Of a DNA stretch of 64,000 nt, positions 21,185-34,112 are shown piece by piece (the first letter of the stretch is position 1; every line of letters begins with the position of its first letter). Position numbers and translations under genes: made by a program. Under the pieces are notes generated by a model, which saw only the letters and a list, made by a program, of their open reading frames with translations, had not been told where the DNA came from and ran no database searches. The stretch is taken from assembly GCF_021869535.1 (NCBI RefSeq), contig NW_026262668.1:77748001-77812000 (forward strand). Reading direction: 5' to 3'. The DNA comes from Mytilus californianus. Its lineage: Eukaryota.

Positions 21185-23641
21185 ATTACTAGTAACAGGT
21201 ACAGCCTCCATAACACTTCTTTGATTATAAGAAAAAATAATTTTTCCCATTTTATTCATTCTTTCCACACTTAAGCATTGTAGCTCACAGTGTCTATGGC
21301 TGAGAGTCGCAACATATGTTGCTTTTCCAATGTGTCGTGGTTGGTTTGAGACACAGTTATGAAAATAATAAACATCGATTATTTCAAACTGAAGCATCTG
21401 ACTCGGAAAATGTTATAGATATGTCCAGGAGGATGCCAAATAATGTTAAGTTAAAACAACTGATTGAAATAACACCAACTAAGTTATTCTAAGCCTATAA
21501 ACTACCAATGTGTTGTTTAAACACAAAATGTTGATGTTCATAACAAAATGAATCTCCCAAGATTGAATGAGCACAGATGCTTATTACAATAAGATTGAAA
21601 ACATTTATTCTCATGTTAAGATCTGAGCAGATGGGGATAATGCATAACCTTTTTTTTCTTCTTTTTTTTTCAATCGCCCTTATCTGTTATTTATCTGAAA
21701 ATACAGATGCAAACATTTACAAAATATGGTGACAAACCATTTTATTGTTCATCATCTGTAGATCATTTAGCATGTAACCATATTTTCATTTCTTCTGCAC
21801 ATCTATTTATGGCTCTTGTTATATGGATTGATTTATAAAATTGTGCAGGAATATATTGAAAATATAGAAAAATTGCAAGATAAGGAGGACTGTTTATTGT
21901 AAATGATACATTTTCTTTCTTTTCAGGAATCGAATGGCAATATTTTGGTCAAGACTTTTATATAAGACTGTTGTGAAAGAATCATCATATTTAACATCCA
22001 CACAGAAGACATAGGCTACTATTGAAAAGTGCTCATCTTGACAATGAACATTTAATTAAGACTTTTGCATTGGGGTATTCTTTAATTTGTTAAAATTGTA
22101 AGTGCATTTTTTCTATATAAAGTTGTTTTCTTATTGATAAAAGTATATGTTTATTGCCATTTCATGTTGCAAATTGTGATTCATTATTTTATGTAAAGAA
22201 GAGTATTTTATTATCATTGATGATCATTTTATCTTGATGCCCTTGTATTGTATATGATATAAAACATTTCTGTACTTCAGTGCCAAATTTGAGTAAATTT
22301 AGAATACCCCAAAGCAACTCTCTCTTTTTTTCATTGTCAGGGATTATTTTTTTTTGTCTGTCATAAAATATAGTTGTAGGACATAGTTTGTTTTATACTT
22401 TTTAGACAATACATTCCAAATGGTAAATGCTTATTTTTTTGTTTCTTGAAAATATTGCAATTTATTCACTGTTATTTATATTATGTATTCTTGAAAATTA
22501 TTTTGCATTGCAATCAAAACTCTTAATATTGATCGTGAAAGACTTATTCTTTTTTATTTTGTGTTAGTTGTAGTTTTTCAGAGAAAGACACATGTTTAAT
22601 TTTAATGAAAATAATGTGCATTGAATTTATTGCTGTTAAAAGATTTCATATTGATATCATGTTTTACTTGAAATGTTAAAAGTATTTTAAAGAAGATAAT
22701 GCCTTTTGAAATGATAGAGATATATAATTTCATTATTTTGTTGAAATGACTTTTTGAATTGTTTTTTACATGATAAATTTGCATTGCATATGATATAAAT
22801 GAAAACTTTTTCGTATTGATATATTTTCCATTGCATATTGGTCGTAATGATTATTTTAGTTTCACTTGAACAATGAATTTTTAAACATTTGAAATATTGA
22901 TATTTTTTTGCCATGTCTTATTGAAGTTCAAAATGTATGTTTCTAGTATTATTATATGATGCATTGAAAAAACATGTCCAGGAGGGGTAACCTCCCTTAA
23001 CTAAGTGAGATTACCTCTCTTTCTTTGCTTAAAATGATGATTATATCCAACTATATTATTGATGTCTGTTAAATTGATGATGATGATACCCATGTGTTGA
23101 TGATGAGAATTCTATTATGCATTGCGTTGTTCATATATATTGAGATCGTCGATTCTTGTTGCCATAGAAGCTGGTCCCCCAAAGCTACCTGCCCATTGGT
23201 CATCGTTGTACATAGTGTGTTGTATATCCCATACTTATTCAGGTTTTCCTTTATTGGACCTTGCGCCAAGATATTGTTTATGTATGAGCTGTTGGTGTTA
23301 TATAATTATTAGTATATTCTATCTAGGTGATTTGACCATTAATCTTTACATAGTTCTTAGCCATTTTTTCTTGATATTTGCTTGGTATATGTTGTTTTTA
23401 ATTTGTAATTGGTATTCACAGATACACACAATCATCCATGTTACCTTAACTGATTGATCACATTGAATGTCTTTTTTATATAGAGTAATGATAAAAGCAT
23501 TTTAATAAATAACTATGTAAACCCAGTGATAACTATCTCACATGTATTTCTTTTGTGCTGTGTATATGTATACTTTTTTTTACCCTCAGAGGGTTACACA
23601 TGTCTACCCGAGAACGGGTATGGTTATGTGACAAAAATAAA
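21185..23641 (+). other. Probable long AU/U-rich 3'UTR of the FUBP-like gene, with a possible intron 21199-21926
   Basis: Donor-like cag|gtacag at 21199; strong acceptor ttttctttcttttcag| at 21926; repeat-free U-rich tract; AATAAA at 23504 and 23636 followed by U/GU-rich sequence. Confidence 0.5.
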
Positions 23642-26111
23642 TATGTTTTAAAATGAACTTGCTTTTATGTGATTGCTATGGTTAATTTGCCTCTATTTAT
23701 GTAGATGGGGACAGAAATTGGTGTTGGCAGAGGCTGTAATGGAGAGAGAAAATTTGAGGTGGCAGCAAATTGATACTAGTCCTGACCGAAACGGCTTTTG
23801 ATTGGAGAAAATTATGGACATAAAAATATTTATGCATGAAATTGAATATCTATGGCATATTTGTTACTTGCTTTAAATTCATTGAAAATTTTTGTGAATG
23901 ATTGTTGAATGATGCCTTATTCAGACTGTTTTGTGCCATATTTTGCAATCTCGTTTGTTAATTGACATTCTTATGAAATTTGATATTTGCATTGACACAA
24001 CTGTATGTTGCTTTTAATATGACAAAATCATCACTGCCATAATTTTATATATAATGACATATGCCACTTTTAGACCAATTTTAAATGCCTTTTTATATGC
24101 TCATTTCTGAATGATATCTTGCAAATATTTATTTATTATATGCAAAATGTCCATACAAATACTGCATAATTGAGAAAAATATAGATATTTTTATACACAT
24201 GATTTTGTTCCTTTCAAAAGGTAATGCTCACTTGAGTTCATTGTTGATAGGATTTAACATCAGTTCAGTTACTCAGACATGAATAGATTTTACTTATTGC
24301 CTGAGTAACAGCTATAATGATAATCTTATCTCCAAGAGAAGAATTCGGTTTCCTGAAGAGAAAAGTAGTCATTGAACAGAGGCGACTATATCCTTACAAA
24401 GTCGAGGGTAATCTGCTATGGCCTTGTCATTTCTTCCATCTGTTAGTTCTTACATGTTACATAATACATGCTTCTGAATTGAGTATGACTTCACTGAAGT
24501 TTTCTAGGCTTGTATGGAATGGAATTACTACATGCTTGTTCACAAGATTAATAATGAGTTACTGTATAAGCAATTTTATACCTGCCAGGCAGCTATTTCT
24601 TGTTTAGTGAGTGTGATGTACATGGCACAACATTGTGTGCAACTTATTAATCCCAGAACATACCTGTTCAAATGCTTGATTTAAATAGGGTCATACAACC
24701 TGTACAACCAACTTCTATACCGAGTTATTTTACTAAAGATATCGGCTATTCCTTAGAAAAAGTGTCTTAATTGATAAACAGTCTTAAATTATAGCCCAAC
24801 TTGTATTGCATTCACCTGGTCTACCTTTGTCCAACTAATATTTCAGTCCCAATTTTCTTGGTTACTACTGAATAGGACTAGTTCATGTTTGTTCAGTAGT
24901 TTGACAGTGATTGTAATGTGTGAGTACTAATCTGATTATAATCTGTCGGACACCTACTTACTGTTTGCCACAACTTTGGAAATGATTTTAGAAGGAATTT
25001 TATTCATCTATAGACTGGAATCTGGGTCTATAAAAAATTACAATAATTGTTTTACAAGTATCAATAAAATCACTATGGATTAATGGATTAATCCAGGCTA
25101 CTCCCCTTTTCGTTCTTTGGATTCAAAATGAGCAATAGGGGAGATTTTATTCTGGCAAAGATGTTTATTGATAAGCTTTTGTTTCTGATCCTCAGTTTTA
25201 CGTCAATATGTCTCCCATGCAATTTTGGCAGGAACTACAAATCTGAACTTCCTGAAATTTGGTATATGACTTTGTCATGTGAATATGCTATACCTTGCTA
25301 TAGCTCAAATTACAACTTGTTAATGATGAAATTGGAGACGGACGTCTCTTCACTGTAAAGTCATTTTGTCACTCCAATAACTAGATTGGGTCTTAACCTC
25401 AGTAACTACATATGTCGGCAATATTTGGTATAGGGAATCATTCTGAAGCCAAAACAGATGTTGATGGCTTTGCCATCTTCAGTTGCTTGTGTTCCAGGTT
25501 AAGGTGTTGGGCTAGAACTGTGTATCAATATATTATATGCCACTAATATTTTGCAAGTGAACTCCCTGTTATGTAAACATGTTCTGACTGGTTTTTACGG
25601 CTACAATGTTCACCTCCCCTTGCATCTGTTATTGTACATTTTTCTTTTCAAAAAAATCCTCCTGCAACCAAAGTTAGTCTGCTCCATCAATAAGTGTCTA
25701 CTAAGAAGTTTGTGGTTTTCGTCTAGGTTGGTCAACCAACATGGCCACCGTGGCTAAAATTGTACATAGGGTAGAACTGCAGGGTTTTGCTAATCTGTCG
25801 AAATATTAGCCATTAGACAAAAACTATCATGGTAATAATGTACAAGCTGTGTTTACCCTAAAAAGTTTTGATAATTTGTTGACATGCAATGTAGTTCTTG
25901 CCCCAGAAATATTGATCTTTTACTTTTTTGGCAGTTCTTTTCTATTGTTCGGGCTATAGAAAGTAGGAAAGAAGTGTGAACTGAAAAATTTTCAAGATTG
26001 CAAGTTCTAACTCCCTTCATATATTCCAGGAAATTATGAATACCCCATTTGGAGTTACTGCCCTTGAAATTTAAGGTTTGTATTATGACCTTGCCCTCGC
26101 AGAAAGAGCGT

Positions 26112-26374
26112 CTCGATCTCGGTGGCCTAGTGGTTTAAGTAGTTGAACTACTGTATCACTAGCCTGTCAACACTGAGGTTGCGAGTTCGAATCCCACACA
26201 TGGCAGGTGCGCTCAACTCCCAATATCTTAATTTACTATGATTGTCAGTTTTCCTACAGATGGTCGGCGGTTCTCTTTGGTCACTCTGGCTTCCTCCCAA
26301 CAATAAAAATCGACTTCCACGATATAGCACAATAGTGCTGAATGTAGCGTTAAACACAAATCAATCAATCAATC
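26112..26374 (+). mobile_element. tRNA-derived SINE with Nin-like central domain and (CAAT)n tail
   Basis: A box ggtggcctagtgg (26121), B box gagttcgaatccc (26183), ggcggttctct...ggcttcctcc...ccacgatatagc...gcgttaaacac, tail aatcaatcaatc. Confidence 0.8.
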
Positions 26375-26586
26375 TTGATCAAATAATGTACAGTAGTATA
26401 CCGATATCGTTCAAATGTGGGAATAAAACAAATATCTCGGGGTCTATTTTCCTAGAATGTGCATATGGGTTGCAACTATTGAAAGTATTGTGCACATGGT
26501 TTGTCACATTTTATTTTTGTGGCCCTTGATTTCAAAAATCAAGAATCACCATCCTTCAGATTTTCATAATTTCTGTCAAATATCTG

Positions 26587-27271
26587 TTTTTGACGCGCCT
26601 GCGACGAAAGTTGCGGAAAGCGAGACGTAGAGATTGCTTTGACAGCGACGGCGTCAACAATTGTAATGCACCAGGTCCAGTGACTTTGAATTAATTAGCC
26701 ATTTTCAATGTTAAATTTTTTGCTTAAATTAGCTTGATAGGAACTACTTGTGATAGATCAATGATATTTTGTATGAAGTTGCATTACTATCAGTACATAT
26801 CAGTTTGGCGAATATTTTGAGGCCCTGCCCCCTAGGCCATGGTTCAGTGACTTTCAATTAATTAGCAATTTTCAATGATAAGTTTTCTGCTTAAATTAGT
26901 TTGATATGAACTACTTGCGATAGATCAATGATATTTTCTATAAAGTTGCATTATTATCAGTACATATCAGTTTGATGACTATTTCAAGGCCCTGCCCCCT
27001 TGGTCATTGTCCAGTAACTTTCATTCAATTAACAATTTTCAATGTTAAGTTTTCTGATTAAGGTAGTTTGATAGGAACTACTTACAATAGACAATATTTT
27101 CTATAAAGTTGCATTACTGTCTGTACATCTCATTTTGTCAACCATTTCGAGGCCCTACCCACTAGTTAGTCCAGCGACTTTGAATTAATTAGCATGTTGC
27201 TGTCCATCAGATTGTCTTGATCTGAATTTTATTCCGACAGGCGAGACATATTTCTGTGTCAACAGTTTATT
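26587..27271 (+). mobile_element. HINE-type element (ttttgacgcgcctgcgac...ggcgagacatatttctgtg)
   Basis: subTIR-like GCGAGAC near both ends; three internal tandem units. Confidence 0.7.
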
Positions 27272-27590
27272 ATATTTTGGAATTTTGTCGTACATATTAG
27301 CATTAGGGCTTGAAAATTCTTACAATTTTGTGCACACAGCAAAAACTGCCGAAGTAGCCTCATTTTGAGATCTTATTAAATTACTACGATATGAGTATCA
27401 GCTTTGCTCAAAAAGACATACAAATTGTATTTTACAAAGATGTTAATGTGGGCAAGATATATTTTTGGGTCGAGCTGTTACTAATACATATTTTAACCAA
27501 AAGTATGCGTGAAAGGGCCATTTTAGATCAAATACGAAAATTTGAAATGTTTTATCATCACGTGACTTCTGCACTTAAATAAATTTACTA

Positions 27591-28665
27591 TTTTTATACG
27601 ACCGCAAAAATTAAAAAAAATTTGGTCGTATATTGGTATCACGTTGTCGTCGTCCGGCGTCTGTCACAAGGTTTATAACCACTAAAGGAAGGTTGGGATT
27701 TATTTTGGGGGTTATGATCCCAACTGTTTAGGAATTAGGGGCCAAAAAAGGGGCCCAAATAAGCATTTTTGTAGTTTCCAGACAATAACTTGTGTTAAAG
27801 TGTATGAATCTCTCTGAAATTATACCACAAACTTCCATACAACAAAGGGATGGTAAGAATTGACTTTGGGGGGTTATGGCTCAAATTAGGTGCAAAAAAA
27901 AGGGAAAAACAAGGGTTTTTCTGGAGAAAGGACAATTGAGACAATTTAAAAGCAGTGTAAGGGAGGCAATCCAATTCAAATTAAAGAACACTGTTTTATT
28001 ACCTCCCTTACACTGTTTGTAAATTATATATTAAGAAATGATGATTGTCTTGAGGTGATTAGCTGTCAATTTATTTTTAGCAGTTACTATTAATTAATAT
28101 TAATTTTAGCCATGACTATGTATGTCATTTTATATTTTAAAACTTTTATGATGTATTTAAATGGGTAATTTTGGTTGCAAACTGCATTAGAAATTTTAAT
28201 TGAGATACTGACCATATCTTGAGGGAAAGAATTATTTTGGGGAATAAGGGAAAGGGGGGAGGTGAAAAAAATTGGAGGGGGGACAATTTTTCTCATTTCA
28301 GAAATTAAAAGAAAATTTCTTCAAATATTTTTTTTGGGGGGTTAATATTCAACAGCATAGTGTATTGCACAAAAGCGAAAAACCAGGGTAAAATAATTTT
28401 TTTTTTGGTAGGGGGGGGGGTCAATTTGCAACAGCATAGTGTATTGCACAAAAGCAATAAATAGAATATAAATTCAAATCATATAACCAATTTGAAGTTC
28501 TTTAACTTCAGTTATTCTGTGTCAGAAACCTATTATGTGTCAAAAATTTAGTTACAATCCAAATTCAGACCTGTATCAAGCGTGAATATTGTGTCCATTT
28601 TGGCCCAACTTTTCAGGGTTGGACATCTGCGGTCGTATCCAGCTGCGCTCAGCGAAGCAATTTAT
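27591..28665 (+). mobile_element. HINE family A copy
   Basis: tttttatacgaccgca...ctgcggtcgtatccagctgcgctcagcgaagca. Confidence 0.85.
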
Positions 28666-29034
28666 TGCAAATTCAGGGGCCCTTACCATTCCACCTCTTT
28701 TACATACTATTCCTTGTTTAAGTAAGCCAAATTGCAATATTGCCTTGTATTTTAAGCATTTCAAAAATTTGGTAAAAAGAGGTCATTAATGCGTACAACA
28801 ATGTAAAAACACATCTACGGGACACTAGACGAGTAGATCATCATGTGGGCTAATTTGTTTATTGTTTCTAAATCTGTAAATTAGATGCAGTTTAAAATGA
28901 TTATCAGCCCGGCAAATAAGTCAAGTTCACCACATTTTACACCACCTGAATAAGCATAAATGTTAGCTTTGGAAATAAGAGATTTGACCCCTGAATAAGC
29001 ATAAATGTTAGCTTTGGAAATAAGAGATTTGACC

Positions 29035-29265
29035 CCATCTGTTTTTTTTTTATGGGGAGGGGGGAAGGGGGCTAGGATGAAATTTGAAAAAAGGCAGGAC
29101 AGGAGTTTTGAGTGAAAAAAGGCAGGATGAGCAACTTTGCAAAAAGGCAGGACCGAATAGAGTGAAAAATAAAAAGGCAGGACAGAGATTACGACTAAAA
29201 AAAATGCAGGACAAAATTTTTCATCCTAGCCCCCCCTCATAAAAATCAAATGGTAGCTCCCTTAA
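29035..29265. mobile_element. MITE with one degenerate end
   Basis: ggggctaggatgaaa...tttcatcctagcccc...aaatcaaatggtagctcccttaa; internal aaaaaggcagga repeats. Confidence 0.55.
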
Positions 29266-29270
29266 AAGGG

Positions 29271-29832
29271 TTTTTAGTCCCCTACCGACGAATCGAAGGG
29301 GACTTTAGGTTTGCACTCCGTCCGTCTGTCAGTCCGGCAAATCAGTTTTCCACACTTTTTCTTCATGCTTGAAGATATTGATTTGATATTTGGTATATTG
29401 TTTTATCATGACAAGTTACAGATCAAGTTCGAATTTTGTTTCGGTCTGATAAACTTGTGCAGAGTTATGGTCCTTGGACTTGGAAAATTCACTTAAATAA
29501 TCAGTTTTCCGCACTTTTTTTCGTCATGCTTGAAGATATTGATTTGATAATTGGTATATAGTTTTATCATGACAAGTTACAGACCAAGTTTGAATTTTGT
29601 TTCGGTTTGATGATTTTTTGCAGAGTAATGGGTCTTGGACTTAGAAAAATCACTTGAATTATCAGTTTTCCGCACTTTTTTTCGTCATGCTTGAAGATAT
29701 TGACTTGATATTTGTTATAAAGTTTACACCATGACAAGTTATAGATCAAGTTAGCATTTTGTTCTAGTACAATTATTTTTTAACCGGTAGGGGACTATGT
29801 ATTGCCATGCAATACACTCAGAATGCTTGTTT
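29271..29832 (+). mobile_element. HINE family B copy
   Basis: Homologous to 7323-7702 and 18522-19060. Confidence 0.8.
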
Positions 29833-30026
29833 AAATCTGTTATTGCTGATTTGCTGCAACCTATATATATATTACGTATGTGGAAAAGTTTAAACAATAG
29901 ACGGATGTGTTTCTGTGTGAGACCGCAATTAACTGCTTGTCAAAGCACAAATGTACGATACAGTAGCTGCTAATTAAACAAAAAGAAGCAATTAATATGA
30001 AAATCGGTATGAACAATTGGCATGTA

Positions 30027-30681
30027 TCTATACTACTAAAATAACGAGGTCCAATTTGTTAGCCGTCATGACGTAAACACGACGAATCAAAGAATTCAAC
30101 TTTATATATAACTAATATAGGACAATGGTGTTGATTAAAAATTACGCCATTCCAGGTCCTTTTTTTTCCACATCCCCATGATAATTAATATTACCAATAA
30201 TTAACAAGTTCCGGGTCGAATCCGAAACCGATACCAATAGTATATGTCACCTGTTACCTAATCTGTACGTTCCGCCTCTGTCAGGTGCACCACCAAACGG
30301 TATATTTGGGATTTGCTATAAACACGGGTCATAGTCAAAACTGAACTTCGTCATTATACAGGGATTGGCACTACGAAATTCAATCATTTTCACATATAGT
30401 TTCCAGTTGTAGTAGAAAACCAGGACGGGTTCAAACAAAGATTTTGAAAGCAGAGAACACTGTGCACCTTATAATCAGCATGACAATACGAATTCTAAAA
30501 ATCCAGGCTAAAAGTAAGGCGTAGGTATTTTAATTCAGTCATGGACCTGCGATATCGCGGGCGTGTTCTAGTATATTTGGAAATGAATTATGGAAAAAAG
30601 CAAGACATATTCAAAAGTATATTGTTTGTAAATGCAAGTGCATGGCGTTAGTTAAACACATCCTAAACTGTTTCTCGCTAG
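30027..30681 (+). mobile_element. Non-autonomous Helitron
   Basis: A|TCTATACTACTAAAAT ... CTCGCTAG|T: canonical TC/CTAG termini in an AT target; subterminal hairpin degenerate. Confidence 0.6.
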
Positions 30682-31017
30682 TCAACTCCCAGCATAAATA
30701 AGTTTATGAATTGAGCTTTTTTGTATGCTTACAAAAAAAACCCTTTTTTATTACATCTGAACATTTTTGAAATAAATAAAAACCAGTTTTTATATAGATA
30801 AAAAGACGAAGTGATAAATCGCTTCTTATTCGTTTTGATATTTCTCTTATATTTTGTGTATGGTCTTTCATTGTCTTAACTGATTTTATGAAGAGCCGTT
30901 CAATTAATTTAATAATGTCCTGTTTTAAAGTTACTTGCTCAAAAGTGCCTTGTATATGTACTATGGTTTTTACACAAATATAGCTGAGTGGAATTCTTTT
31001 TAAAAGACGTACACGAA

Positions 31018-32403
31018 TCATGGCAATATCCAGTCTGTTTTTAAATGATTTTTATATCTAACTAAACGAAATAGTTTAATTGTTCCAAATTCAGAATTGC
31101 TACACCAAATATTTCCATCTATATCAACGGCGACATCTGTCAGTGTTCCAAATCCGTCGGAACAGTTGGCTAAAGCGACACCCTTGATGTTACCATATGG
31201 ATCCAACACGTGCAATGTGCCGTCTGTACAAGATATGATGAAATTCCCCGATGGACTACAACACATTTCGATTGGCTGAAAAATTCCATGTGTTTGAAAT
31301 CCAAAAAGGTTTATTGGTGAGTTAAACATAGCTGTTCCACCATTATAAGTTGTTAGTTCGTCTCCATTTTCATGGTATATAGTTACAAATAATCTTTTCT
31401 GGTCGCTAATTGCGAATGTTTTACTTCGTTTATTAGACACTGCTAAGTGTGGTGAAAGAAAACTACTTTCTGTGTCTTTTTTCTCAATATTTCCAAGTAC
31501 ATCGCCACCAGCCGAATACATTCTGACAATGCCATATATTTCGTCTTCTTTGATATCACCAGGAGTATTTGCATTTGGACCACATATAATAATTTTACCA
31601 TCTGATAATTCAGCGAGTCCATAGGGGAAATAATCCAATGTTGTAGCAAAATGCGACCAACCACCGCAGGTATAGCGCAGTATAAGACGACTACGTCTGA
31701 AAATCCCAAGAAGGTCTCCATTCTGAAGTTCAATTATACAGGTGCAAGGGTCAGGTGTTCTTATTTTCCCTAGTAAGTCTGTATTTGATCCAAACTTTAA
31801 AACAAAGGGTACCGTTTGAGGGAGAACATATGCCCCTCCCTTTCTTGAGGTAATGACAGAGTATACCCAACGCTTTCCTTTGTCGTTGGGTGGAACATCT
31901 AACTGAAAAGTTTTGGTCGGTTCACAAATATATTCAGTTCTGATTCCATCATTGAACATAAAATGGAACGGAAGACGTGGGTCGGGTCGATTATCCTCTG
32001 TTACCTCGCATTTGGTACTTGTCTTTTTTCTATGATCATATTGACGAAAACAAATCTTACACTTATTCTTAAAGCAAGTTGTACAATATGTTGAAATAGT
32101 TTTTTGTACACAAATTTCACAAATATTGGGTGGTCTTGAAATTTGTACGAAGTAATTTGTAAATAAATCTTGAAATCCCATTTTTGGTATACTGCATATG
32201 TTCCGACAAAGAGGGCATATAATTTGATTTTTATCCATTATCGAATCTTTATCTGTAGTAGTTAACTTTTCATTTGAAACAGTTTTTTGTTGATCACAGT
32301 AATCCTTTAAACAACGGAGACAAAAGGTATGTTTGCACGGCAACAGTTTTGGCATTATGAAATTCTCAAAGCATACTGGACAAGAGTCGCGATCTTCCAT
32401 CAT
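31018..32403 (-). CDS. RING-HC / B-box-like / NHL-like beta-propeller protein (TRIM-NHL-like putative E3 ligase), gene 1, 461 aa
   Basis: ORF 31018-32595; the true start is likely MMEDRDSC (32403), just after the acceptor ttcttttctttcag|ga (32406). C3HC4 RING CPVC...CKHTFCLRC...CPLC; CxxC-CxxC-CxxC cluster; propeller-type repeats (FPYGLAELSDG, FAISD, DVAVDIDGNIW). Confidence 0.9.
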   Translation of the reverse strand: MMEDRDSCPVCFENFIMPKLLPCKHTFCLRCLKDYCDQQKTVSNEKLTTTDKDSIMDKNQIICPLCRNICSIPKMGFQDLFTNYFVQISRPPNICEICVQKTISTYCTTCFKNKCKICFRQYDHRKKTSTKCEVTEDNRPDPRLPFHFMFNDGIRTEYICEPTKTFQLDVPPNDKGKRWVYSVITSRKGGAYVLPQTVPFVLKFGSNTDLLGKIRTPDPCTCIIELQNGDLLGIFRRSRLILRYTCGGWSHFATTLDYFPYGLAELSDGKIIICGPNANTPGDIKEDEIYGIVRMYSAGGDVLGNIEKKDTESSFLSPHLAVSNKRSKTFAISDQKRLFVTIYHENGDELTTYNGGTAMFNSPINLFGFQTHGIFQPIEMCCSPSGNFIISCTDGTLHVLDPYGNIKGVALANCSDGFGTLTDVAVDIDGNIWCSNSEFGTIKLFRLVRYKNHLKTDWILP

Positions 32404-33384
32404 TCCTGAAAGAAAAGAAAAATGTGTTAATGAATTAAAGGACATGTTCAAGGTAACGTTCTGTTTATCGATATCCCAGTCCGTTGATCTACGTTTGTAT
32501 GAAGTTTCATAGGAGAAAATCCGTTGATTGATTAGTCTACTGGTCCATAGAGAGTAATTTGTAAAAAGTTGATACAAGGTTTGTAGAATTCTCAATTTCT
32601 AAATTTCTCAGTAACATGGTTCATCATTACGAAAAGAATATCGATGAATTCAAGTGTTACGTGTTTGTTATCTCTGAATTGAAATGAATGGCGACAAGAG
32701 ACTCCTTCATATCTGCATTACAGTCCTTTCGACAATAAAAAAAAAAATTGAAGAGAAAAGAAAAAAAATGAAATGTGCACCAAAATATGACAATAGTACT
32801 GAAAAAAACCTAACGAAGTTGATGCATGATAAATGTTTCCTGTGCAAAGAATGCAAAATGCAATATATTTTCATAAAATTACAATTAAGATCCGTTGATG
32901 AATAATATACATCTAACTCACGGTTCGTTGACAATTTGTAATTATCAAACGTTCGAGAATTTAATACACCTATCTTTTTCTTTCATTTTTAAAGTGATTA
33001 AGTCGGTCTATATCATGAAAAACACATACAGACATAACTGCAAGGAAGTCTGTTAGTTTGACTTGGGTTTCCAAGTAAATTGTCAATCTCTAATTCCTTT
33101 ATGAAGCAGTTAATGTAAATTAAATAAATAAATGTAATTAACTTGGACTGAATCCATTGGTATTTTGACAAGTCTTGTTTCCAATTTATGGATTTAGGCT
33201 CACGGTATATTTTTGGTCATTTGGTTAACATTGCACTTTTGTTAAAAACGTTCAGTTAAACTGATTTTAAATTTCAATGAAATTTTTGCCAATAATTGCG
33301 TAAGATCTTATTTAAGTTTGGATTGAAAGCACAAATGGATTCATGATTCTTTTGTCCACTCGTTTCTCCCTTTTTCACCTCGTG

Positions 33385-33545
33385 AGTTACCTGTTGCATC
33401 TGCCGTACAAATAACCGGAGCGTTGCCTATTGCATCTGCCGTACAAATAGCCGGTTTGTTACCTGTTGCATCTGTCATACAAATAGCCGGTATGTAACCT
33501 TTTGCATCTGCCGTGCATTAGCCGGTGTATTACCTATTGCATATG
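33385..33545. repeat. 36-bp minisatellite, ~4.5 copies
   Basis: gttacctgttgcatctgccgtacaaatagccgg... units. Confidence 0.85.
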
Positions 33546-33568
33546 CCACAAAAAAAGGCAATACTTAC

Positions 33569-33596
33569 AGTACAGTGCATTGTTTTGATAAAAACT
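33569..33596 (-). other. Possible 28-nt non-coding 5'UTR exon of RING gene 1
   Basis: Minus strand: atctttttcag|agttttatcaaaacaatgcactgtact|gtaagt. Confidence 0.4.
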
Positions 33597-34112
33597 CTGA
33601 AAAAGATTTTGGTGTTTGTCATTAGTAACAGTTAGATGTACTGCCCTAAGCGTCTGTGTGTCGATGTAGAGAGCATCGGGTTATAACACGCGCTTCATAT
33701 GTAACACAGAGTCCACGTATTTTGAGTCCGGATCCCACCTATGGAGCTCGAAGTCCTATAAAGGGAGCCTTATGGTTGGAGCCAGAAGCCCAACTTGGCA
33801 CACTGCTTAAAAGAGCCCGGGTCCATACTGTGGAGCCCGGAGCCAATAAAATATGAAACAGGAGCCAACGCAGACCCCGTGTTATCCCCTAAATAGCCAT
33901 TTGAATGAAAGTTTGTAAAAATAAAGGTCAAAATGTAGCCGTTTGTATTTTTATGAAATAAATACAATTAGAATAACAAATCATAGGGAATGACTTCCAT
34001 TTGAACACCCCTGTTTTAAACAGTAAGCAAAATATACAGGTAAAAAATGGGGGTGGGGGTCATAGTCCAGTCTAGCTACTAAGTGTAAACGAATCGAATC
34101 CGAAATACTTAC

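Noticed and set aside
32404-32595. 64-aa N-terminal extension of gene 1 in the ORF track (MRILQTL...)
   Set aside because: It runs through a polypyrimidine tract and AG acceptor at 32406, and paralogs start directly at the RING, so it is most likely intron that happens to be open
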